Of a stretch of 64,000 nt of DNA, positions 53,121 to 63,145 are shown one piece after another. Within the stretch, counting starts at the first letter, position 1. Each line of letters opens with the position of its first letter. The notes beneath the pieces are model-generated. The model was not told the origin of the DNA and did no database searches. It saw nothing but the letters and a program-made list of their open reading frames with translations. A program made the translations under genes and the position numbers. The DNA comes from an uncultured Methanoregulaceae archaeon. GTDB taxonomy: Archaea; Halobacteriota; Methanomicrobia; Methanomicrobiales; Methanospirillaceae. The stretch lies in NCBI GenBank assembly GCA_963737635.1, contig CAVTTL010000001.1, positions 1,856,001 to 1,920,000 of the forward strand. The letters run 5' to 3'.

Positions 53121-53336
53121 ATGAGCCCATCTGTTACTGTGAATAAAGTGCTGGAAGAGATCGATCAGCTCGATATTGACGATCGTACCTATATCAATCA
53201 GATATTATCCTGCAGGCTTATTGAAACTGAACGGTCCCTGATCGCGGAACGGGCACGGGAAGCGGAGGATAATTATTCACGGGATCATGTGCGATCCGGT
53301 TCCGTGGACGACCTTTTGAGCGATCTGAATGATTAA
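53121..53336 (+). CDS. putative antitoxin
   Basis: 71 aa, acidic, ends GSVDDLLSDL; overlaps the toxin gene. Confidence 0.7.
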   Translation: MSPSVTVNKVLEEIDQLDIDDRTYINQILSCRLIETERSLIAERAREAEDNYSRDHVRSGSVDDLLSDLND

Positions 53337-53605
53337 CCTGGTATGGGATGAGAAATTCCGACGGATTTTTAAAAAATGGTGTGCACTGCATCCTGACCTC
53401 GTCCCCCTGTTTAGGGAAAGACTTGATTTTTTTGTTTCAGATTTTTTTCATCCCTCTCTCAGAGTACATTCATTAAAGCGGTGTTCTGCAAGGATTGTGG
53501 GCGATGAAGATAAATTATGATCAAAGACTTATTTTCAAATTTATGGATGAATCACATACAATTGTATTACTTATCGATATCGGGACGCACGATAAGGTTT
53601 ATTGA
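53329..53605 (+). CDS. RelE/YafQ-like mRNA interferase (frameshift near 53476)
   Basis: FHPSLRVHSL, then SGVLQGLWAMKINYDQRLIF...IDIGTHDKVY* in the shifted frame. Confidence 0.8.
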
Positions 53606-53802
53606 GGCGACGTCCCCGAGGGGTTTCCCGCCATGAGATGACAGCGATAACTGGAAATATCTTTTTTTCCCGGATGGTGCCAGACGTCCTCCCTCTTTAT
53701 TAAAAAATCCTAAAACCCCGTTTGAAGATCCCGGCCCCATGCCGATGTATTAATAATCCGACCGGCATACCTCTCTGATGAAACGGATTGCCACGATCAT
53801 CC

Positions 53803-54095
53803 ATGAAAAAAATTGCTGCCATCAAAAAAATTCTCCGCGCCAACAAGGAGACACTCCGCAACCGGTACAAGGTTAAAAGGATCGGGCTCTTTGGCTCGTA
53901 CGTGAGGGGCGATACCCAGAGCGGCAGCGATGTGGACGTGCTCGTGGAATTTTCCGATACCATCAGCCTCCTCAAACGTGTCTCCCTTGAAAATTACCTC
54001 ACAACACTCATTGGCATCAAAGTCGATGTCGTACCCCGGGAAGATTCCGCAGGGAGCTTAAGGACGCCATCCTCAAAGAGGCGGTCTACCTGTGA
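53803..54095 (+). CDS. minimal nucleotidyltransferase (MNT) antitoxin (frameshift near 54045)
   Basis: LFGSYVRG...[14 protein letters not shown]; repaired end [15 protein letters not shown]. Confidence 0.85.
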
Positions 54096-54346
54096 AGGAA
54101 TCAGAGAGAAATATCCGGATCTTTTTAAAAGATATCGCTGACAACATCCTCCGTACAGAACGCTTCACAAAAGGGATCACATTCGAAGAGTTCCGGGACG
54201 ATGAAAAAACCTATTATGCGACGGTCCAGTGCATCGAAATTATCGGTGAAGCGGCAAAGCACATCCCTCCACACGTGCGGTCCCGGTACCCCGAGGTTCC
54301 CTGGGACGATGTGGCAGGCATGCGGGACAAGTTGATCCACGTATAG
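54092..54346 (+). pseudogene. HEPN (DUF86) toxin, truncated after the RxxxxH motif
   Basis: [10 protein letters not shown]...PEVPW...GMRDKLIH, then an early TAG. Confidence 0.8.
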
Positions 54347-54510
54347 AAACGTCTAGGAACGATCAGGAATTTGGAGGAAATCCTCCGGAATTTGGGGTCC
54401 GGCCGGCTCCAACCGTTAGGAGATTTTTTTTCAGCCCGTACCCGGTCGCGCTTTTTATAAGTTTGATACGTGCAGAAAAAGTAAATATTTACAATACGTA
54501 TCATCCTGTC

Positions 54511-54717
54511 ATGACAGGATCAGAGTGTGCCACAAAGAGAATACCGGTCTGCCCGAGTACCTGGGAAACTATCCACCAGCTCAGGAGGCCCGGACAAACA
54601 TTTGACGATGTGATCAACGAACTCCTCCGCAAAGATTCCGAGACGCGGTTAATTGAAGAGATGGGACGGAGGCGAAAGAGGGGCCAGTACGTCCCGCTCT
54701 CGGAGATTAAGGCGTGA
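54511..54717 (+). CDS. antitoxin
   Basis: TKRIPV...GQTFDDVINELL...YVPLSEI; GTGA overlap with the relE-like gene. Confidence 0.8.
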   Translation: MTGSECATKRIPVCPSTWETIHQLRRPGQTFDDVINELLRKDSETRLIEEMGRRRKRGQYVPLSEIKA

Positions 54718-54998
54718 ATTTTGAAGTCATCATCGATATCGATGAAATCGCGTACATAAATTCTCTTGACAACAAGGACAAACGGATAATCAAGAACCGT
54801 CTTAAAACCTTGGAAAACGACCCGTTTCCGGGAAAGGGAGGGGATAAAGAACTCCTGAATCTCCGTGAAGGTGTCGAAATTTACCGGCTTCACATCGGGC
54901 ACACCTTTACGGCATTTTACGAGATTGAAGGGAAAACCGTTTTCGTAAACGAGATCCTGACCATCGAGCAGGCTCACAAAAAATATAAAAGATTATAA
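54714..54998 (+). CDS. RelE/ParE family toxin
   Basis: LENDPFPG..DKE...YRLHIG..TAFYEI. Confidence 0.85.
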   Translation: MNFEVIIDIDEIAYINSLDNKDKRIIKNRLKTLENDPFPGKGGDKELLNLREGVEIYRLHIGHTFTAFYEIEGKTVFVNEILTIEQAHKKYKRL

Positions 54999-55158
54999 TT
55001 TGGCTGCATTTCTGTCGCAATGCTCACCAGAGATTCAGAAACTATCAAGATACTTTTCTCCCGGTGACGTAAAAACCAGGCAGCGAGGGGAATAGAGTCC
55101 TGTAGTATATTACCCGAAGAGTTCCCGCAGGATGGACTCCAGGTCTCTCTTCCGATGA

Positions 55159-55260
55159 TCTGCGACGTTTTTAAGAATTCCATGGAGAGTACCACCGGGA
55201 AGGGTTTATAGGGGGAAATCGTAATGTCAGATTTTTTCCGTTTACCTTAGCCGAAAGCCC
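55159..55260 (-). pseudogene. degenerate copy of the hicA gene at 41996-42241
   Basis: TTTAAGAATTCCATGGAGAGTACC...AAGGGTTTAT...AATCGTAATGTCA aligns with ~42056-42150. Confidence 0.65.
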
Positions 55261-55401
55261 CACGTTCCCTCTCGGATCTTTTTTGGTCGATTTGCGGGTT
55301 TATTGCGAGTATCGATCGAAGGGACATTATGGTTAATTTCTTAACTATTAGAGAAAATCAAAAGGAAATATTTTATTGATCGGCAAAACAAGCATATCGT
55401 G

Positions 55402-58400
55402 ATGTACAAGTGGCCAGCATTCTCCGCACAGCACCTCATCCTGCTCGTTTTCATCCCGCTGCTGTTCGGGGCACTCGTTTGTGCGGACAATGTCCCTCAG
55501 AACCTCCAGAATACAACGCTCCAGATGGCGTCCCCGGTACAGGGACACCAAGTCTGGAACTATACGACCGGAGACTGGATCGCATCGTCCCCTGCCATTT
55601 CGGGCAACATAGTCTATGTCGGAAGCGAAGATGGTAACGTCTACGCTCTCAGCGCAGGCACAGGGGCTGTAGTCTGGAAATACCAGACAGGAACGTATGT
55701 ATCATCGTCTCCCCGGATCGCAGCAGGCATCGTTTATATCGGCGGCGGGGACGGGAAGATCTATGCCCTGAATACTGGTACCGGGACACCCTTATGGACC
55801 TACCAGACCGGCGCCAGCATCTCGTCGTCCCCTGCGATTGCCGGCGGGATGGTATTCGTCGGGAGCGAAGACGGGAAGATCTATGCGCTCGATGCAGTGT
55901 CCGGAAGCCAGATCTGGAATTACACGACAGGCACGTATATTCATTCCTCCCCAGTGGTTTCTGGGGGGAACGTTTATTTCGGCAGTTATGACCACAACGT
56001 GTATGCGCTCAATGCAACGACGGGCGGCCTGTCCTGGAATTATACCACGGGAGATACGGTCCTGTCCTCACCCGCAATCTCCGGCGGTACCGTGTATATC
56101 GGCAGTTACGATCACAATGTGTACGCACTCGACGCAGGGTCAGGCACGGTACTGTGGAAATGTACGACGGGCGGGAACGTCCTCTCGTCTCCCGCTGTCT
56201 CCGGCGGGGTTGTCTACGTTGGCAGCGGCGACGGGAATATCTATGCCCTTGATGCGAACTCCGGGGCCGTGATCTGGACCTATAAGACCGGCGACGAGGT
56301 GGACTCGACGCCCCGTATCGATAACGGGATCGTGTATGCAGGAAGTACCGACGGGAACTTCTATGCCCTGAATGCCGCAACCGGGCAACCGGTCTGGTAT
56401 TATCCCACGGGAAACACTGGGGAGTCCTCCCCGGCAATTGCCAACGGGATCGTATATGTCGGCAGTTACAACCACAATCTCTACGCACTCTCAAACCTTG
56501 CGCCCGTCGCAGGTTTCAGCTCTGACGTGACCGGCGGGAAAACACCCCTGGTTGTGCAGTTCACCGATACCTCGACCGGTTCACCGGCTGCCTGGTCCTG
56601 GGATTTTGGCGACGATGAAACGTCCACCCTCGAAAACCCGGTCCATACCTACCTGGAATCGGGCAACTTTACGGTGAACCTCACGGTCACGAACGGCGGG
56701 GGATCGGACAGTATGGTTCAGCAGGATTATGTAAACGCGGTCACGATATTACCCCCGCCGCCCGTTGCGAACTTCACGGCCGATATAACCGGCGGAATAA
56801 CCCCGGTTACCGTCCGGTTTATGGATACGTCGACCAATAACCCGACATCGTGGCACTGGGATTTCGGCGATGGCAATACATCGACTGAGGAGAACCCCAC
56901 CTACACGTACCTCCAGCCCGGCACGTTTACCGTCACGCTGACCGCAGCAAACAGCGGAGGTAGTTCCGTCATGGCACTGGCTGCTCCCATCGTGGTCCAG
57001 CCGCGGGTGATCGTGCCCGGCCCGGATTTCGCCGTAAATGTGAGTTCCGGGACAGCGCCGTTTGCTGTCCAGTTCACTGATACCTCTACGGGGCCGGCAA
57101 TAACATCGTGGGCGTGGGACTTCACGGGGAACGGGACTATTGACAGCACGGCCCAGAACCCGGTCTGTGTCTATAACCTGCCGGGCAACTACACGGTCAA
57201 TCTCACCGTCACCAATGCCTTTGGGACAAAGACAATCGTCAAAACAGATTTCATCTCGGTCGGGAGCCTTGCGCCGGCTGTTTCATTTACGGCGAATAGA
57301 ACAACGGGAACATCTCCCCTTGCGGTTCAGTTCACCGATACATCCGTAGGCCAGAACATAACGGGCTGGTCGTGGGACTTCACGGGGAACGGGAGAATTG
57401 ACAGCACGGCCCGGGACCCGGTCTGCGTCTACAACCAGCCGGGTAACTATACCATCAACCTCACCGTCACGAATGCATATGGTTCGAACACGCTGACCCG
57501 GACCACCTTTATTACGGTCGGGAGCCCGGCCCCAGTCGCTGCATTTAATGCAATCCCGGTCTCAGGCATGGCTCCTCTCAGGGTCCAGTTCACTGATGCC
57601 TCAGTGGGCCGGAACATCACCGGGTGGGCGTGGGACTTCACGGGGAACGGGACTATTGACAGCACGGCCCAGGACCCGGTCTGCATCTATAACCAGGCAG
57701 GCAATTACACGGTTGGTCTTACTGTTACGGATGCCGATGGCACGAATACCTCGACAAAGGCCGGTTTTGTTCTTGTGACAAACGGGGTTAAACCGGATTT
57801 CACTGCGGATACGACCTCCGGTCTGGCCCCTCTTACCGTCCATTTCCACGACACGTCAGTTGGGTCGGGGATCACCGGATGGGCCTGGGACTTTAACAAT
57901 GACGGGACGGTTGACAGCACGGAGCAGAATCCCTCAGTAGTCTATAACAAGCCGGGAAACTATACCGTCAACCTGACGGTCACGAATGCCCTTGGCACGG
58001 GCTCGACCGTTAAACAGGGCTATATTACGGTCAATTCCCTGGCCCCCGTCGCCGGTTTCACTGCAAACACGACGTACGGGGTTGCGCCGGTCGCCGTGCA
58101 GTTCACAGATACCTCTCTTGGCCAGAATATAACGGGCTGGGCCTGGGATTTCAACAACGACGGCACAATCGACAGCACGGAACAGAATCCTTCCGTTGTC
58201 TACAACCAGCCGGGTAATTACACGGTCGATCTTACCGTCACGAATGCCTACGGACCGAACACGACCTCAAGATCAGGTTTCATCACGGTATCCAATGGAA
58301 TCCCGGTCGCACGGTTTGCGGTGAACAAAACCTCCGGTCCGGCTCCCCTTGCCGTCCAGTTCAGGGATATTTCAACCGGTCCCAATATTACACAGTGGTC

Positions 58401-58558
58401 CTGGGACTTTACGAACGACGGCACAATCGACAGCACGGAACAGGATCCGTCTGTTGTCTATAACTTGCCCGGGAACTATACGATCAATTATACGGTCACC
58501 AATGCGTACGGGTCAGAGTACGATCCTGCGAAAGGATTTCATTACGGTGACCGAGTGA
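55402..58558 (+). CDS. secreted 8-blade PQQ-like beta-propeller + 8 PKD domains (frameshift near 58511)
   Basis: Eight W.Y.TG...SSP....VY.GS.D...YAL repeats and eight WDF PKD repeats; repaired end STILRKDFITVTE*. Confidence 0.9.
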
Positions 58559-58664
58559 GGTCCGGTGAAACCTCAGTTTTAAAGAGCGAGTGCCAAAAAA
58601 AGAGGATTTATCCGGTCAATGGTAGAAAAGTTCTTTGTTCTCCTCGAAAGGGGTCTCCCTTGGT

Positions 58665-59114
58665 TCACGCCGCGTGAGGTTGGCAGGCTGCCGAAGCGGT
58701 TTCCGGTGTGCACAGCACTTCGCGGGAAGAGTAATGCTTTGCGTTCTTCTTTTTTGTGAGCCAGATCAGTTTCCCATCCACGAACCCGAATGATTCCATG
58801 AAAATAACCTGGACGGTCTTTGGTATGGCTGAAACGTTTGCTGCCTTGGGGACGATCAGGTACTGTCCTTTGAGAGCCTTTCTTTTCAGGGAAATCGCCA
58901 GCGTCTCGAGTGCCAGCGCCGATGGTTCTTCATTGTAAGAGACTGCAAGGGCCGCCATCTCTGTCCTGCCCCGTACATCCCGGGAAAGGATCCCGGCCAT
59001 ATCGTGGGCAGACGGCGACGTGATTTCCCGGTAGACCCATCCCTCGTACTCCGTGAAATGGGCACGGATCTCCTTGAGCGCAAAAGTCTGCATGACATCG
59101 TGTGATGAACCCAT
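58665..59114 (-). CDS. hypothetical protein
   Basis: Intact ORF with an AT-rich promoter-like region upstream; start uncertain (59114 or 59093). Confidence 0.65.
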   Translation of the reverse strand: MGSSHDVMQTFALKEIRAHFTEYEGWVYREITSPSAHDMAGILSRDVRGRTEMAALAVSYNEEPSALALETLAISLKRKALKGQYLIVPKAANVSAIPKTVQVIFMESFGFVDGKLIWLTKKKNAKHYSSREVLCTPETASAACQPHAA

Positions 59115-59269
59115 GTTGATCCCAAGAAAATGGTTCACGGAACCATATAAGTTTTATTAAACTATTTTATTTTGTGGAAAGGTTAATTAAAAAAGATTTT
59201 GTCGGTACTTATCTTCTCTGAAGTCGGGGCTAATTGAGCTCCCTTTTTTTGGTATTCTTCAGGAAAGCA

Positions 59270-60298
59270 TCAGAGTCGCAGGAGGCGTTCTGCATTCCCG
59301 TGTGCTATCTTATGCTTATCCGCAAAACTCACCGGGAGTTGATCCAGGAAGGTGCGTGCTTCGGCCATAGAACTGTACGGGTAATCGGTAGAGAACATGA
59401 TCCGGTCGGCTCCGACTTGAAGATACAGGTTGAGGAATGTCGGGGTAAAGTTGAAACCGCTGAACGTATAGTAAACATTCTCCTGAAGGTAATCTGCGAC
59501 AGGATGCTTGAGTTTCGTTACGTTCATAGACAAACCTTTGTCGAGTCTGGGCATCATAAAGGGAAGAGCCTCCCCCATGTGGCCGATCACGATCTGAAGA
59601 CCCGGGAACTGGTCGAAAGCGCCACTGAGGATGAGACGGAGGACATGGACCGCAGTCTCGATATGCCAGCCCCACCCGTGCCGGGATAACCCGTTTGTTA
59701 CTTCTGGTGAGAAGCCCGCATAATACACTTCAATCACTGGTGCCGGCGGTGGTGTCGGATGAATGCAGAGCGGGACCTTGAGCGCTTCGGCACGCTCCAG
59801 GATTGGCCAAAAGGATTGGTCATCCAGGTAGCGGCCCCGGGTGTGGCCGTTGATCCAACCTCCTTTGAAACCATGCTCATTGACCGTGCGTTCCAGCTCG
59901 TCGGCTGCGATATTGGGAGCCACTGTCGGCAGTGTGGCAAATCCGGCGAAACGTTTTGGGTACCGCCGCACCGCTTCCGCAAGATAGTCGTTTGCTTCAC
60001 GGGCCAGATTTTCTGCCTCGGTCGCGTCGAGTTGCTGCACGGAGGGATCGGTCAATGACAATACCTGCACGTCGATCCCCGCGGCGTCCATTTCGGCGAT
60101 TCTTTTATCACCGAGATTGGACAAATCGTCGGCAAGATTCCCAAAACCAAAGCGCCCTGCCATCCGGGGCTGTTCCCTGAGCCTCCGTCCCGGGCCATCC
60201 AGGAATGCCGGGCTGGCATAGTGCTCTTCAAGCGCAATCGTCCGCATCAATTCGCGATCACCGGTGTGAGAAACGGTTTCGGAAGCCTTCTTTTCCAT
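59270..60298 (-). CDS. amidohydrolase_2 family protein (aromatic-acid decarboxylase-like)
   Basis: IALEEH, IHPT, GHMGE, MFSTDYPY; start 60298 or 60247. Confidence 0.9.
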   Translation of the reverse strand: MEKKASETVSHTGDRELMRTIALEEHYASPAFLDGPGRRLREQPRMAGRFGFGNLADDLSNLGDKRIAEMDAAGIDVQVLSLTDPSVQQLDATEAENLAREANDYLAEAVRRYPKRFAGFATLPTVAPNIAADELERTVNEHGFKGGWINGHTRGRYLDDQSFWPILERAEALKVPLCIHPTPPPAPVIEVYYAGFSPEVTNGLSRHGWGWHIETAVHVLRLILSGAFDQFPGLQIVIGHMGEALPFMMPRLDKGLSMNVTKLKHPVADYLQENVYYTFSGFNFTPTFLNLYLQVGADRIMFSTDYPYSSMAEARTFLDQLPVSFADKHKIAHGNAERLLRL

Positions 60299-60580
60299 AA
60301 TCCCTGATTCTTGTGAAGTCCTGAAATAATTTCTCATTGATCTTAGTTGGTGGCCCTGCCTCAACCACGTATGTGATTTTACTCTATGGGGCTGGGTAGA
60401 GATCATCTCAACAAGCTCCCGGGAATAGATCTGACAAGGAAGATTTTCACGACGGAGGGTCGTAACCTCAGCTATCCTACTATTATATACCAGATTCCCG
60501 GGAAAGACGATCGTAACCACAGGGGGAGGGCCGAAATTCGATCACTGCCCATCCCCTCACACTGGAAAAGAGGTTTTTCC

Positions 60581-60817
60581 CTGACAACCCCTCTCACTTC
60601 CCTTCTTGAGTACTCTGGCGCCGGCCTGGGGATACTGGGGTGGCTTGGTGTACGGCAGGTAGGCAGCATCGGGGCCCAGGAAATCGGTTTTATTGTGTGG
60701 ATTGTGAGTGGGCTAATCCTGATTGTTTGGGGATACCATACCCGGGCAAAGGCGATTATGGTTATCAATGCCGTAAATGTCATTATGGCAGTATCTGCAC
60801 TGACTGCGCTCCACTAG
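60581..60817 (+). CDS. small three-TM membrane protein; apparent CTG start
   Basis: Three hydrophobic segments; GAGGT SD precedes CTG 60581. Confidence 0.5.
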   Translation: MTTPLTSLLEYSGAGLGILGWLGVRQVGSIGAQEIGFIVWIVSGLILIVWGYHTRAKAIMVINAVNVIMAVSALTALH

Positions 60818-61021
60818 TGCCATGATTATCTAAAAATAGGAGTGCGTTTGGTTCTGGCGCATTGTCAGGATTTTTTCTTATCGGCGAGGGGTTTTATTAT
60901 GCCCATGCATGAGAATTATACAACGTATAGATTTATCATTCCTGCACCCGTAGACCTTTTCATAAAGGCGATCAACAGGTAAATTATACCATCCTGTCGG
61001 GTGCTTAAGGAAGCGATTACT

Positions 61022-61729
61022 ATGGACTTTGGAAAACTCATCGAAGAGACCTATAATTATACGAAGACCGGCGTGTTCAACCGTACCGATCGTTGGCTGA
61101 GATTGATTCTTGCAACGATCCTCATAGGAATCCCGCTGTATGGCTGGGTCCTGCGGATCTATCGTGGTGCAAACCCGGCACCGGATGTGGATGCATGGGG
61201 AACACTCTGTATCGATGGCCTTAAACTTTTGATAATCTGCCTGATTTACGCGATCCCGGTGATTCTTATTACCCTTATCCAGAATCTGGTCCTTTATGGC
61301 AGCATAATAGGTGTGGGGGTCCGGCACGTTGGCACTGCCATGCCCTTTTCCCCGGGTAAAATGCTGCTCTTTTTGGCACTCATTGTGATATTCGAGATTA
61401 TTATCGCAATTCTTGTGCCGATCGCATCGATCAGGTTTGCCCGGACCGGGAAGTTTCTCGAAGCGTTTAACTTCCGGGCCATAATCGACTCTATTGGGAA
61501 AATCGGATGGCTCAACTACATCATTGCCATCATCCTTCTGGCTGTCGTCATCGGCATCCCGATCTTCGTTCTCGTTGTGATAGCCGTCTTTGCTGGAATA
61601 TTCGCAGGCCACATATTGATCGCCCTCGGTATAGTACTCCTCTTTATCCTCATCATCACGCCACTTCTGGCGACCTTCCAGGCCCGGTACTATACCCAGG
61701 TTTATGATAGTGCGGTTCAGACAGCCTAA
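61022..61729 (+). CDS. DUF4013 membrane protein
   Basis: MDFGKLI, GWVLRIYRG..PAP...WGTLCIDGLKL, AFNF. Confidence 0.85.
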   Translation: MDFGKLIEETYNYTKTGVFNRTDRWLRLILATILIGIPLYGWVLRIYRGANPAPDVDAWGTLCIDGLKLLIICLIYAIPVILITLIQNLVLYGSIIGVGVRHVGTAMPFSPGKMLLFLALIVIFEIIIAILVPIASIRFARTGKFLEAFNFRAIIDSIGKIGWLNYIIAIILLAVVIGIPIFVLVVIAVFAGIFAGHILIALGIVLLFILIITPLLATFQARYYTQVYDSAVQTA

Positions 61730-61901
61730 TTCTCATCTTTTTTCGTCAGGGGCAATCCCAAAGGGTTTTCTGCATTTTCGAAAAATACCCATGCATAAAC
61801 GGAGATCTGTTTTTCACACCCGTCAAAAGTACCGGATTTTACAAGGCATTTTTGTCAGTATCCAAATGTTTATTTTTTGGCAATCCGTTCCAAGCAACTA
61901 T

Positions 61902-62597
61902 ATGGGTAGCGTTCACTTTTTCGCACTATCGGAAAGGGGGCTCCAGGGAACCAATCACGATGACTACTGTGCTGAGCGAATAGGGGCATACGAGGTCTTT
62001 GCCGTTGCTGGCGGGAATCCGGGATCGTCTGCCGGGCAGCAGGCAAGCGAGATCGCCGTTACCTCGCTGCGGGATGCCGTGAAAAAAAACTCCCGTGACC
62101 CGGCAGAGATCCTGGAAACGGCAATTGCCGATGCAGATGCACAGATCGGTGCCCTAACCCCGCATGACCGGGAACACGGTATGGGTACCGATCTCTGTGC
62201 CTGTCTTATCGACGATAACATGGACTGTACTATTCTCGATACCGGAAACGGGGGCGTGTACCATATCTCACCGGGTATCGGTATCGTGTTTCCTTCAGAG
62301 ATCCCGTTCTCTGAGAATGTCCACCCCTCGCTGAAGAAGAGGGTTATTTCACACACGCTGGGTGAACCGCTCGTGCTCAAAAGTTCGGCATTCAGCCGGG
62401 TAAACCTCCGGGATTCGTTTATTGTCCTGAGTTCGGGTGGATTGTATGATTATGTCAAAAGGGAAGACATCCGTTCCATCGTTGAAAAGAATGCCGGGAA
62501 TGTCGAGACGTCCTGTGAAGAACTCAAAGACCGTGCGCTGCTGGCAGGGAGCGATAAAACAATAACGCTCATTATCATCAGAGGAAGTGAGAATTAA
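61902..62597 (+). CDS. PP2C-fold protein lacking the catalytic aspartates
   Basis: VFAVAGG (for VADG), MGTDL, ISHTLG, VLSSGGL (for SDGL), GSDKTIT (for DNIT). Confidence 0.75.
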   Translation: MGSVHFFALSERGLQGTNHDDYCAERIGAYEVFAVAGGNPGSSAGQQASEIAVTSLRDAVKKNSRDPAEILETAIADADAQIGALTPHDREHGMGTDLCACLIDDNMDCTILDTGNGGVYHISPGIGIVFPSEIPFSENVHPSLKKRVISHTLGEPLVLKSSAFSRVNLRDSFIVLSSGGLYDYVKREDIRSIVEKNAGNVETSCEELKDRALLAGSDKTITLIIIRGSEN

Positions 62598-62608
62598 AAA
62601 ATAACGAA

Positions 62609-62950
62609 TTAAATGTACCGGTTTTTCCGCAGCCAATCTGTCTGAGGCTTGAGGTACCGGTAAATAATATCGCATTTTTCATCCTGGAAACTCCAGGGGA
62701 CGATTAGGACGGTATCGCCTTCCCGTATCCACTGTCGTTTCTTTATCTTTCCCTTGATCCTGCCCATGCGGGGAACGCCATCAATACACTGGACACGAAT
62801 GTGATTTGCCCCCATCATTGTTTCGGCACGGGCGAACTGCTCGTTGTTCCATTTCTTCGGCAGCCGTACACGGCAGACCGGCGTACCATCAGGGTTTAAT
62901 GCATTCGGATCTGCTGCACCTGTATCTTCTTTCCTGTGAAAACCACTCAT
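62609..62950 (-). CDS. eif1a: translation initiation factor aIF-1A
   Basis: RVRLP, MMGANH, RIKGKIKKRQWIREGD, PWSFQ, IIYRY. Confidence 0.96.
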   Translation of the reverse strand: MSGFHRKEDTGAADPNALNPDGTPVCRVRLPKKWNNEQFARAETMMGANHIRVQCIDGVPRMGRIKGKIKKRQWIREGDTVLIVPWSFQDEKCDIIYRYLKPQTDWLRKNRYI

Positions 62951-63145
62951 TCAACCAACTACGTACGCACTACAGGTGATGGCTGATATATTGAAGGTAT
63001 GTATGGTGGACACCGGGCACACCCAATAATGCAGGAAAACGGAATCTGGCTTTTTTGAACTTTCTTCAGGGTCTTTTTCCCGACCGTGACCGAAGGGCTC
63101 TTTAGTTCCCACACGTAACCCTACCCACAGGAGATAGTGCAGGAA

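Noticed and set aside
54344-54346. TAG in the HEPN gene as pyrrolysine read-through
   Set aside because: The downstream frame does not restore the expected HEPN continuation and there are no pyl genes in the window; truncation is simpler.
55550-58500. Regularly spaced repeats resembling a CRISPR array
   Set aside because: They are coding propeller and PKD repeats with codon-level variation. No identical repeats with unique spacers and no cas genes were seen in the window.
27900-59200. Integrative element anchored at tRNA-Leu
   Set aside because: I found no integrase and no repeated tRNA 3' end by eye, so island boundaries cannot be supported.
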